A stretch of DNA of 39,389 bases. It comes from a virus (Duplodnaviria > Caudoviricetes). Every line of letters starts with the position of its first letter. The first letter of the stretch is position 1. Under the pieces are notes generated by a model that was given only the letters and a program-made list of their open reading frames with translations, had not been told where the DNA came from and did no database searches. Positions 1 to 7,254 of this stretch are shown here, piece after piece. Both the position numbers and the translations under genes were made by a program. The stretch is from IMG/VR virus record IMGVR_UViG_3300037311_000459, positions 1-39,389 of that record; one strand, 5' to 3'.

Positions 1-513
1 TCATACCCGATCTGAAAGGACATCTTGATACCCGCTCCCGGTTTGAACGCCGCGCAGCTGCGCCGGCATTGCATTGCGTTTGTGGACGACCTGTTCAACT
101 ACCCCCGTTTGAGAAACCTGCAATGCGGTCGCCTTGGTCATTGCATTCACGCAAAGGAAAACGTCCCGTTCGAGGAACCACCCATAGAAACGCGCGTCCA
201 CCGAGCGTGCGTTCCACACGCTGTGAGATTGCGGCTCCATAATATGCAGGTCCGCAAACCGAGCTCCTGGCGGTAGGGCCAGGTGGTCACCGATGATGAA
301 TTTCGCGAAGAGAGCCATCACCTGACCGATGGGCGCTTCGGCGCCCCAGTCGGGAGGAACCCCTGGAAGGGTGTTTTTGATCCAACCTTGGACATAGTCA
401 TTCAACCAGAATTGCCGGTGCGGCATCAGCCCTGGGGGTAGTGCGTTAATGATGTCGTCTGGTTGCTCGAAACCATTCGCCCTTAACAACGCAGACATTG
501 ATTGTTTTGTCAA
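1..513 (-). CDS. Hypothetical protein (lower-GC cargo or flanking gene)
   Basis: 170-aa ORF in visibly more AT-rich DNA; start TTG 513 or ATG 498; no family recognised. Confidence 0.55.
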   Translation of the reverse strand: MTKQSMSALLRANGFEQPDDIINALPPGLMPHRQFWLNDYVQGWIKNTLPGVPPDWGAEAPIGQVMALFAKFIIGDHLALPPGARFADLHIMEPQSHSVWNARSVDARFYGWFLERDVFLCVNAMTKATALQVSQTGVVEQVVHKRNAMPAQLRGVQTGSGYQDVLSDRV

Positions 514-569
514 TTTCTCTTTTAGTCCAAGGGGATTAACATAATGTTACCCCGCCAGACTCCCCAAGC

Positions 570-598
570 TTGACGTATTTGTCAATTTCCCCTAGAGT
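570..598 (+). promoter_or_regulatory. Putative sigma70 promoter for the GrlR-like gene
   Basis: TTGACG (570-575) - 17 nt - TAGAGT (593-598). Confidence 0.5.
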
Positions 599-676
599 TC
601 TATGTAAGGCTGGATTCGGCAGTTTCAACCATTCTTAGCATATTCGCTGATCCGCCACCACTTTGGAGCTAATGCA

Positions 677-1003
677 ATGGAAAATGGCCTTTATTCGGCG
701 GTCTTCGGCACTCAGATGGGTGACGGCACGGGGATCGTGTTTCTTCAGGATGGTCAAGCCCGCGGCGGCGATTCGCTGATGGCCTACACGGGCACCTACA
801 AGGTGACGGGCGACACCTTGGTCGCCGACCTGCTGGTGAAGAAGCACGCCAATATCCCAGGCATGCAGTCGGTCTTCGGCCGCGACATGGTGAACATCAC
901 CATCCGCGGTCGCATCAGCGGTGACCAGGTGGAACTGACCGGCACGGCCAAGGAAGTGCCGGGCGCTCAGTTCAAGGCGCGCCTGAAGCGCATCAGCAAC
1001 TAG
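677..1003 (+). CDS. GrlR-family small beta-barrel protein
   Basis: Pattern GLYxxxF...GxGIVFLxDGxxxGGDS...YTGTY typical of GrlR-like proteins; GGAG RBS upstream. Confidence 0.7.
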   Translation: MENGLYSAVFGTQMGDGTGIVFLQDGQARGGDSLMAYTGTYKVTGDTLVADLLVKKHANIPGMQSVFGRDMVNITIRGRISGDQVELTGTAKEVPGAQFKARLKRISN

Positions 1004-1010
1004 ACGGCAC

Positions 1011-1041
1011 GGCCGCCGCAGCAATGCGGCGGCCTTTCTTT
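1011..1041 (+). terminator. Rho-independent terminator
   Basis: GGCCGCCGCA-gcaa-TGCGGCGGCC perfect 10-bp stem followed by TTTCTTT. Confidence 0.8.
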
Positions 1042-1058
1042 GATCAGGAGGATCAATA

Positions 1059-1217
1059 ATGGCTGGTAACGAGAAGTCTGGCACGAGGGTCGGTCAGATC
1101 GCGTCGAAGGGCCTGAAGGCTCCGAGCTCGCTGACCAACAAGGAAATCAAGACCATCGCCGCGTCGGCACTGACGCAGCGGCCCGACCACTCCAAGGGTG
1201 GCGGCAAGAAGAAGTAG
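1059..1217 (+). CDS. Small basic protein, 52 aa (not in the ORF track)
   Basis: AGGAGG RBS, ATG 1059, TAG 1215-1217; MAGNEKSGTRVGQIASKGLKAPSSLTNKEIKTIAASALTQRPDHSKGGGKKK. Confidence 0.7.
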   Translation: MAGNEKSGTRVGQIASKGLKAPSSLTNKEIKTIAASALTQRPDHSKGGGKKK

Positions 1218-1221
1218 CACC

Positions 1222-1557
1222 CTACCCCGCTAGGCCGCCTCCGGGCGGTCCTAGCGGGTCTGGCTTCAGCAGCTGCTTCACCTTGTCCAGCTTCCGGCTG
1301 CAGTCGCGCCAGGCGTCCCTGTAGCGATACGTGACGGCCAGCAGATCCAGGTCGGTCGCGATCGTCGCCGGGTCGACGGCCGGCGCTTCGGCACAGGTCA
1401 GCAGGGCGCCATCAATGTTCGGTTCCAGGTAGCGCACCTGAACAGGCGGCGGCGGCTCCTTCAGGGTTTCCTTGATACCCGTCAAGACATTGCAGCCAGC
1501 CAAGGCCGGCGCGGACAGTGTCACCAATAGGGCGCAGATCAGCAGTCTTTTCCGCAT
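1222..1557 (-). CDS. o-spanin (Rz1-like lipoprotein)
   Basis: Signal peptide with lipobox LAGC, Pro-rich stretch, CAEAP...AWRDC pattern; overlaps the 3' end of the i-spanin in another frame. Confidence 0.8.
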   Translation of the reverse strand: MRKRLLICALLVTLSAPALAGCNVLTGIKETLKEPPPPVQVRYLEPNIDGALLTCAEAPAVDPATIATDLDLLAVTYRYRDAWRDCSRKLDKVKQLLKPDPLGPPGGGLAG

Positions 1558-1912
1558 GGCGTCTAAGCTCCTTGATCATGTTGTTGCTGGTCGAAATCTG
1601 CGTGCGATAGGCGGCGATCGCTTCGGCCGCCGCCTGGGCCGATGCTTGCGCGCGGGCGCGATAGGCGTCGAACGCGGCGACGTTCTGGCGGTTGATCTCC
1701 GCCAGCTGCTCATGGGCGGCCTTCCACTGGTCGCGGTCGCTCATCGCCTCCTTGAGCTCCGCCGCCTTCTCCTGCACGGCAAGCCCGGCCGATCGCACCT
1801 CCATCTTCAGGACGGCGATGTAACTGGCGACGATCACGGCCGCCGCGGCGATGGCGATCCACTTCCAGGGCAGCGCCTTGGCGACGGCCGGAATGGCTGC
1901 CAGGGGGATCAC
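1412..1912 (-). CDS. i-spanin (Rz-like)
   Basis: N-terminal TM helix then coiled coil; GTG start overlaps the endolysin stop (GTGA); AGGAGG RBS. Confidence 0.8.
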   Translation of the reverse strand: MIPLAAIPAVAKALPWKWIAIAAAAVIVASYIAVLKMEVRSAGLAVQEKAAELKEAMSDRDQWKAAHEQLAEINRQNVAAFDAYRARAQASAQAAAEAIAAYRTQISTSNNMIKELRRHAEKTADLRPIGDTVRAGLGWLQCLDGYQGNPEGAAAACSGALPGTEH

Positions 1913-2634
1913 AGCCGCCCCTCCTGGCGCTTCCGATACAGCCACCACAGGACGAAGCCGATGGCCCCGGCGGCGACCACGGCGCCGGCCAGCGGCACAT
2001 AGCGGACCAGTTCGATGATCGGTCCCGCCGAATAGGCCAGATCGGACGCCTGCCGGGCGACCTCCGCCGCCGCCGCAAGTCCGCCCGCCCCCGCCGCGAC
2101 GACGCTGCCGGCAACGCTGCCGGAGGTTCCCAGGCGCGGCTCCGGCGCCAGGAACTGCGGCATGGGCGTCCGGTCGGCATCGCGCGCGGCCTTCAGATAC
2201 AGCGCCGCCTCCCGCATGCGGCGCGACACCAGGCCCGGCAATTCCACCTTCCGGCCGTCAACCGTCGCCTTGATCCACAAGCCGAAGGCGCGGCCGGCCG
2301 CCGGGAAGTCGCCCCGATTATGCGCCTTCAGGACGGTCGACTTGGCGAAAGCACCCTCGCCGATGTTGAACGCGAGACTCACCATCGCGGCCAGCTGGTT
2401 GGCGTTCGGCATCACGCGGCACAGCGGCAGCACCCGTTCGCGCACCGCCTGCAGATCCCGCGCCAGGATGGCGTCCGCCGCTTCCGGCGAAACGCGGTCC
2501 CCGGGCTTGACCCCTGCCGTGTGGCCATAGCCGATGGTCCAGATCCCGGCCGGGCACTTGTAGGCACCGAGCCTCAGCCCCTCGTAGTCCTTGACCAGCG
2601 CAACACCTTCCTCTGCGATCGGCCATCGGCTCAT
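1909..2634 (-). CDS. Endolysin, GH24 lysozyme with hydrophobic C-terminal extension
   Basis: YEGLRLGAYKCPAGIWTIGYGHT and GLVSRRMREAALY motifs; C-terminal TM-like segments. Confidence 0.92.
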   Translation of the reverse strand: MSRWPIAEEGVALVKDYEGLRLGAYKCPAGIWTIGYGHTAGVKPGDRVSPEAADAILARDLQAVRERVLPLCRVMPNANQLAAMVSLAFNIGEGAFAKSTVLKAHNRGDFPAAGRAFGLWIKATVDGRKVELPGLVSRRMREAALYLKAARDADRTPMPQFLAPEPRLGTSGSVAGSVVAAGAGGLAAAAEVARQASDLAYSAGPIIELVRYVPLAGAVVAAGAIGFVLWWLYRKRQEGRL

Positions 2635-2667
2635 CACAGTCACTCCTTCCATCGATGTCGGAATTGA

Positions 2668-2934
2668 TCAGTTGCCGCCGTGCAGCTTCATCTTGATCGC
2701 CAGCCCCGCGACCAAAGCGGCCAGGATCGCGGTCGTCACCACGCGCAGCATCTGTTCGCCGACGACGCGTTTTGCCGTGCGGTAGGACTTCAGCAGGTTG
2801 CGTAGATCCTTCACATCGTCGGCGGACTTCTCGTCATGCAACCCGACGCTGTGCAGCGCCCGTCGCGCGCCCTCTTCCGCTGCTTCGTTGATCAGCGACT
2901 TCAGCTGCTCTTCGCTCAGTTGGTAATAGATCAT
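2668..2934 (-). CDS. DUF6127-like membrane protein, probable holin
   Basis: AEEGARRAL..GL.D..A..D..DLR.LL pattern plus C-terminal TM; immediately upstream of the endolysin. Confidence 0.7.
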   Translation of the reverse strand: MIYYQLSEEQLKSLINEAAEEGARRALHSVGLHDEKSADDVKDLRNLLKSYRTAKRVVGEQMLRVVTTAILAALVAGLAIKMKLHGGN

Positions 2935-2946
2935 CGGCAATGACCC

Positions 2947-3720
2947 TTAGAGCAATTCGACCATCTCGAATGGCCGCGACCGAACATTGAGCGCGCGGCC
3001 GGTAACTGGCTGCAGATCCGTCATGGTGCCGATGATGGCCTCCGACGCAGCGTCGGCGGCATCGGGGTCCGGGATCATCAGGAACGGCGCGTGATCGCCG
3101 ACGCGATCGTCGATCTGCCGCATCTGGGTCTTCGCTTCGGTCGGCGTCGCGAAATCCAGCGCAAACCGCTTCACCCGCGCCTTCGGCCGCCGCAGGGCGT
3201 AGACCTGACCGCCCTTCGAGATTTCGCGCACTGTCTCCGTCTGGACCCCGTCCTGGAAGCCCCAGGAGAAGTTCCGCGCCGGCTGCCACCAATCGCCGAT
3301 CCAGGCATAGCCGACGTCGATGAACGCCGCCCCGCCATCGGCGAGATCGACCTTCACGTAGTGGGCGGTCTGCGCCGCGGGAAAGACGCGGAGGCATTGC
3401 TTGCGCCCATCGAAACCCGTCGCCGCTCCGGCCGCGACGATGCCGCTGTCATACACGTCGCCGGCATGGGCATCCGAGGTGCTGAGCCTCACCCGCAGCG
3501 TCGCGGCTGGGCTCAGGGTAACGCCCAGCAGCATCAGGACCCGCATCGGCTGCGCCGCGCCCAGATCCGCGGCGAACCACGCGGACGCCGCCAGCGCGCG
3601 CCAGGCGGTCACCACTTGCGGCTTCACGATGTTGCCGACCCTGCCGTCATCCGTTTCCGCGCTTGCGGCGAGCTCGGCGCCGATCAGCAAGTTGGACCAG
3701 GCGAGAACGGCATTGCTCAT
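2947..3720 (-). CDS. Tail tip / distal-tail-like structural protein
   Basis: 257 aa in the tail operon; beta-rich, resembles alphaproteobacterial prophage tail proteins. Confidence 0.65.
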   Translation of the reverse strand: MSNAVLAWSNLLIGAELAASAETDDGRVGNIVKPQVVTAWRALAASAWFAADLGAAQPMRVLMLLGVTLSPAATLRVRLSTSDAHAGDVYDSGIVAAGAATGFDGRKQCLRVFPAAQTAHYVKVDLADGGAAFIDVGYAWIGDWWQPARNFSWGFQDGVQTETVREISKGGQVYALRRPKARVKRFALDFATPTEAKTQMRQIDDRVGDHAPFLMIPDPDAADAASEAIIGTMTDLQPVTGRALNVRSRPFEMVELL

Positions 3721-3724
3721 CGGA

Positions 3725-5269
3725 TCACCAGAATACGGTCAGGAATGAATCGACATTCGAGGCGGCGACGCCCTGGCCCACGACCACGACGTTTCGGCCG
3801 CCGCTCAGCCCATAGCGGGGATAGTCGACGGCGATCGTGGCGCCGAGCGGCAGCTTGTAGCCTTGCCGCTTGGTCCGCAGCCGCGCCATCTGCCGCGGCG
3901 CGGAATAGACTTCGAAGATCAACTCCGCCATGGCCTGGGCGTCCGCCTCGCCGGCGAAGGCGCTTTCCAGCGTGAACTCCTGCGCCCGCAGGCTGCGGGT
4001 GCGCACGGTTGGATCTTCGACCGTCACATAGCGGCTGGCTTCCGTCAGGAACGCATAGCGGGCCGGGTCGCCGCTCACGATCGATCCGCCAATCTGGGTC
4101 ACGTCCAGCGGCGTCCAGTTTCTGCGATACCCCACGCGCACCCGCCAATACGGCGGATCGATCGCCTCGGGCAACGGCACCATGTCGAAATCCAGGATAT
4201 CCTTGACCGCCAGCCGCGCCCGCGGCTTCTCGAGCGGCAGCGAGGTGCGGCCGACTTCGATCCCGCCAAGCCGGTTGCTGCACCACCAGCCGTTGACCCC
4301 GGCCATGATCTGATCGATGACCTCCGTCGCCGTGATCGCTTCGATGCCGACATAGATGCCGATGGCGCCGGGGATATCCAGGCGCAGCGCATCGAAGGTG
4401 TGGCTTTCAAACCAGGAATCGTCCAACCCCTGGAAGTCATGCAACACGCGAAACGCGATCTCCGCCGCGCGGTCGATATAGGCGCCGGCGGGCGCATCGC
4501 CCTTCACGTCCAGCGTCAGGGTCTTCGTCGGCGCCGTCCCCAGCTTGACATAGCCGCCGGACAGTTGCGTCTTGAACTGACCGGGGCTGACCGATGCCGC
4601 CGTGATGTCCGCCACGTCTCCCGCCGGCGTGAAGGCGACGCCGCCGTCATAGCAGCCGGTCACCGCCAAGGCCGCGCGGCTGTGGAACTGATAGACCAGG
4701 TTCGCCGCGTCGACGAGAACTGGCTGGATGTTGTAGAGTTCGCCGAACGCGAGCGGGCGGAACTTGCCCTTGATGTCCGATCCACCTTCCAGGCTGCCGC
4801 TGCCGGCATAGGTCGGGCGCGTGACCGGCACGTCCAATTGCCACGAGGCATCGCGCACCCCGGCTGAAATCTGGGCGTCGTCCGCCTGACGCCAGGCCGA
4901 TGTCGTCCCCTTAAAGATCGTGTCGAAGGCCGAGAACGGCCCGCCGCGGGGTCCCTGCAGCACGCGCACGGGCCGCCCGTCGACGGCCGCCGTCAGCAGG
5001 GTATCGAGCTCGCCATCGGCATTGATGATGACCACGTCCCCGATCGTCGGCACAGAACGGCGGGCGCCCCCCGGAACCACCGGGATCGCCCGCTCGAGGT
5101 TCAGGGGATCGACGACCCGCGGCGCGAAATGCCGGTTGGCATAGGCCTCGTCATCCGGCCGGCCCGTCCACCCGATATCGGACAGCAGGATCTCGATCGG
5201 CCCCACGACCCCAGCAAGGCCACCGCCGCTCAGCAGTGAGCTCGACAGCAGCGAACGGCGGCTAAGCAT
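3725..5269 (-). CDS. Tail tip / hub protein
   Basis: 514 aa, KGKFRPLAFGELYNIQPVLVD motif, tail operon position; true N-terminus may include the 5262-5414 ORF. Confidence 0.75.
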   Translation of the reverse strand: MLSRRSLLSSSLLSGGGLAGVVGPIEILLSDIGWTGRPDDEAYANRHFAPRVVDPLNLERAIPVVPGGARRSVPTIGDVVIINADGELDTLLTAAVDGRPVRVLQGPRGGPFSAFDTIFKGTTSAWRQADDAQISAGVRDASWQLDVPVTRPTYAGSGSLEGGSDIKGKFRPLAFGELYNIQPVLVDAANLVYQFHSRAALAVTGCYDGGVAFTPAGDVADITAASVSPGQFKTQLSGGYVKLGTAPTKTLTLDVKGDAPAGAYIDRAAEIAFRVLHDFQGLDDSWFESHTFDALRLDIPGAIGIYVGIEAITATEVIDQIMAGVNGWWCSNRLGGIEVGRTSLPLEKPRARLAVKDILDFDMVPLPEAIDPPYWRVRVGYRRNWTPLDVTQIGGSIVSGDPARYAFLTEASRYVTVEDPTVRTRSLRAQEFTLESAFAGEADAQAMAELIFEVYSAPRQMARLRTKRQGYKLPLGATIAVDYPRYGLSGGRNVVVVGQGVAASNVDSFLTVFW

Positions 5270-5414
5270 CCGTGGCGTCCCGGAACGGGGTCAGGATGAC
5301 GAGATGCACGACATCGATTTCCGCGTCGTCGTCGATCTCGATTTCATAGGGAACGAGCTCGCTCGGTGGCGGAGCCAAAAATGGCGTCGCCGCGAGGGTG
5401 CGCAGTGCGAGCAT
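5262..5414 (-). CDS. 50-aa ORF, possibly the frameshift-separated N-terminus of the hub gene
   Basis: ATG 2 nt after the upstream stop; MLALRTLAATPFLAPPPSELVPYEIEIDDDAEIDVVHLVILTPFRDATDA; fills the gap exactly. Confidence 0.5.
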   Translation of the reverse strand: MLALRTLAATPFLAPPPSELVPYEIEIDDDAEIDVVHLVILTPFRDATDA

Positions 5415-5416
5415 GA

Positions 5417-5878
5417 TCAGCCTTTGCGCGGAGGTTGCAATTCTGCCTCGGTAGCGATACCGCGGGCTATGAGCAGATTACGGATCGCTCTTAGCTCTTC
5501 CGCCATTTCCGTCCCAGGTTCCGGCTCAGGCCAATTCGGTGCGACAAAAGTGCTAACTTCGCCGCCCGCGGCGCGCCAGGACTGGAGCTTTTGCCACAGA
5601 TCCGGCCGGTCGCGCTCCGTCACCACCACGTCACCGCAATCCTCCGTAGTTACCACGATCGCATCGCCTTCCTGGTTTGCGACGCGAGCGGTCATGATCG
5701 TGTATGCCGGCATCGCACCAATGATCTCGCCACCAGAGATGCGGAAATCCGATAGTTGGCGCCATAGCTCCCGCGGCGAATCTGGATTCAGCCTGATGGT
5801 TGCACCTGATTGCGTTTCTATGTCGATTTCACGTCCATTCACATTGACAAGGCGAGCCGCCTTGATCTGCAGTATCAT
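5417..5878 (-). CDS. Putative tail fibre assembly/chaperone protein
   Basis: Directly downstream of the fibre gene; internal duplicated ~45-aa module; AGGAG RBS. Confidence 0.6.
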   Translation of the reverse strand: MILQIKAARLVNVNGREIDIETQSGATIRLNPDSPRELWRQLSDFRISGGEIIGAMPAYTIMTARVANQEGDAIVVTTEDCGDVVVTERDRPDLWQKLQSWRAAGGEVSTFVAPNWPEPEPGTEMAEELRAIRNLLIARGIATEAELQPPRKG

Positions 5879-5889
5879 GCGTTGTGCTC

Positions 5890-7251
5890 CTACGGATTGT
5901 AGACTTCGACGATGAGAACTGCTCTCGATGCTCCACCGAACAACCGGCCAGCCGCGTTTCCGTTGAACCGCATATTCCCGGTGCTTGCGCCCGCGCGGAC
6001 GGAATATGTATAGGTCCCAGCGCCTGGGGTTTCCTCCACCTCGGTGCAGTCTGGACCCGGCAAAGTCGCGCCATATTCCTGGTTTGACCCGACGTTGAGA
6101 CAGGTCGTGCCGCGGAAGATTGGGCAGATCTTTCGGGCATTACTTGTCGCAGCAACGCCGTAACCCGTAAACCGTGCACGGACTCTCTGCCCGGACGCAA
6201 CCACCACGCCGGCGATCGAAAGAATCTGCGTCCCTTCCGAGGAAGTCGGCGTCGTATCATCCAATGGGATTGTTGCCGAAAGGTCGGCGTTCGCCGTGTA
6301 TTCCGCGTAGTAGGTAGCCGCCAGCTTCTGGACCACAGGTGTCTCGACCAGGGCCTTCCCGCTGAATCTGGTGTAGTCCGTAATAGCCCACACATCGGCA
6401 CCAAGATGCCGAATTCGGAAGCGATCGCCCGCCGCTGCGGCGATGTTGGCACCGCTCGGGCAGATTAGGTTCGCGCCATTGGTGATCGTGAAGCCGGTCA
6501 CGACCTCGAAATGATGCTCGATGCCATTCGGCGCGCCGGACCACAGATTGGCGATCGTCGTGGTTCCCGTGATCCGATGATGCGATCCGTCCCGGGCATC
6601 GGCCGGCTTCGCCAGCGTCGCCGCCGACGCGATGTCCGCGCCGACGTTCGATCCAGGCCGGTGTCCGGAAACCACGATCCATGAATCCAGGCTTTCGTCG
6701 GCGACAAGCCGGACCCGCGCCGTCTGCTCCCAGGCCCCATGTCCAGCCTGGTCGCCGGACTTGAACAGGACGGGCTTCGCCACGAGGGCGTTAAGCTTCG
6801 CCGTCACGGTGGCGGTCGGCATGCCGGCCGCCTCGAACTCGACTTCCAGACCATCGACGAAGACCGGCGTCTCGACATTGGTCAGCAGCACCAGTGCGTT
6901 GACCGTGCTGGCGCCGTCATGCGTCGCCGTGATCAGCTTCCCGCCGATCGGTCCAAAGAGTTCCGCCGGCGCGTCGCAGAAGATCTGCTTGTCGCTCGCA
7001 TCGCCCCAGACGATCGCCGAGCCGGTCGACGACTTGATCAGGCGGTCCCGGCTAAGCTGATTGGGCGCCACTCCGGTATTCAGCGTGCCCTCGTTGCACT
7101 CCCAGGCGCCGTCCTTGGCGACCACATAGATCACCTTCGCCCCATTGGGAAACGCCGCGGCGAAGGTCCGCTTGCCCGTCACGATCCCGTCCAGCGTGTA
7201 ACTGCCGGAGCCCGTCGTCTGCGTCGTCTGCTCGACCCGATCTCGAAGCAT
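5890..7251 (-). CDS. Tail fibre / receptor-binding protein
   Basis: N-terminal DRVEQTTQTTGSGSYTL anchor typical of phage fibres; modular Thr/Gly-rich C-terminus. Confidence 0.75.
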   Translation of the reverse strand: MLRDRVEQTTQTTGSGSYTLDGIVTGKRTFAAAFPNGAKVIYVVAKDGAWECNEGTLNTGVAPNQLSRDRLIKSSTGSAIVWGDASDKQIFCDAPAELFGPIGGKLITATHDGASTVNALVLLTNVETPVFVDGLEVEFEAAGMPTATVTAKLNALVAKPVLFKSGDQAGHGAWEQTARVRLVADESLDSWIVVSGHRPGSNVGADIASAATLAKPADARDGSHHRITGTTTIANLWSGAPNGIEHHFEVVTGFTITNGANLICPSGANIAAAAGDRFRIRHLGADVWAITDYTRFSGKALVETPVVQKLAATYYAEYTANADLSATIPLDDTTPTSSEGTQILSIAGVVVASGQRVRARFTGYGVAATSNARKICPIFRGTTCLNVGSNQEYGATLPGPDCTEVEETPGAGTYTYSVRAGASTGNMRFNGNAAGRLFGGASRAVLIVEVYNP

Positions 7252-7254
7252 CGC

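Noticed and set aside
637-644. TAGCATAT shared with 38444-38451 as a possible att core
   Set aside because: Only 8 bp with divergent flanks; expected by chance
5230-5269. Tat signal (MLSRRSLL) on the hub protein
   Set aside because: Virion structural context and uncertain start codon make export implausible
5890-7251. Diversity-generating retroelement or invertible fibre system
   Set aside because: No reverse transcriptase, invertase or duplicated TR/VR segment seen in the window
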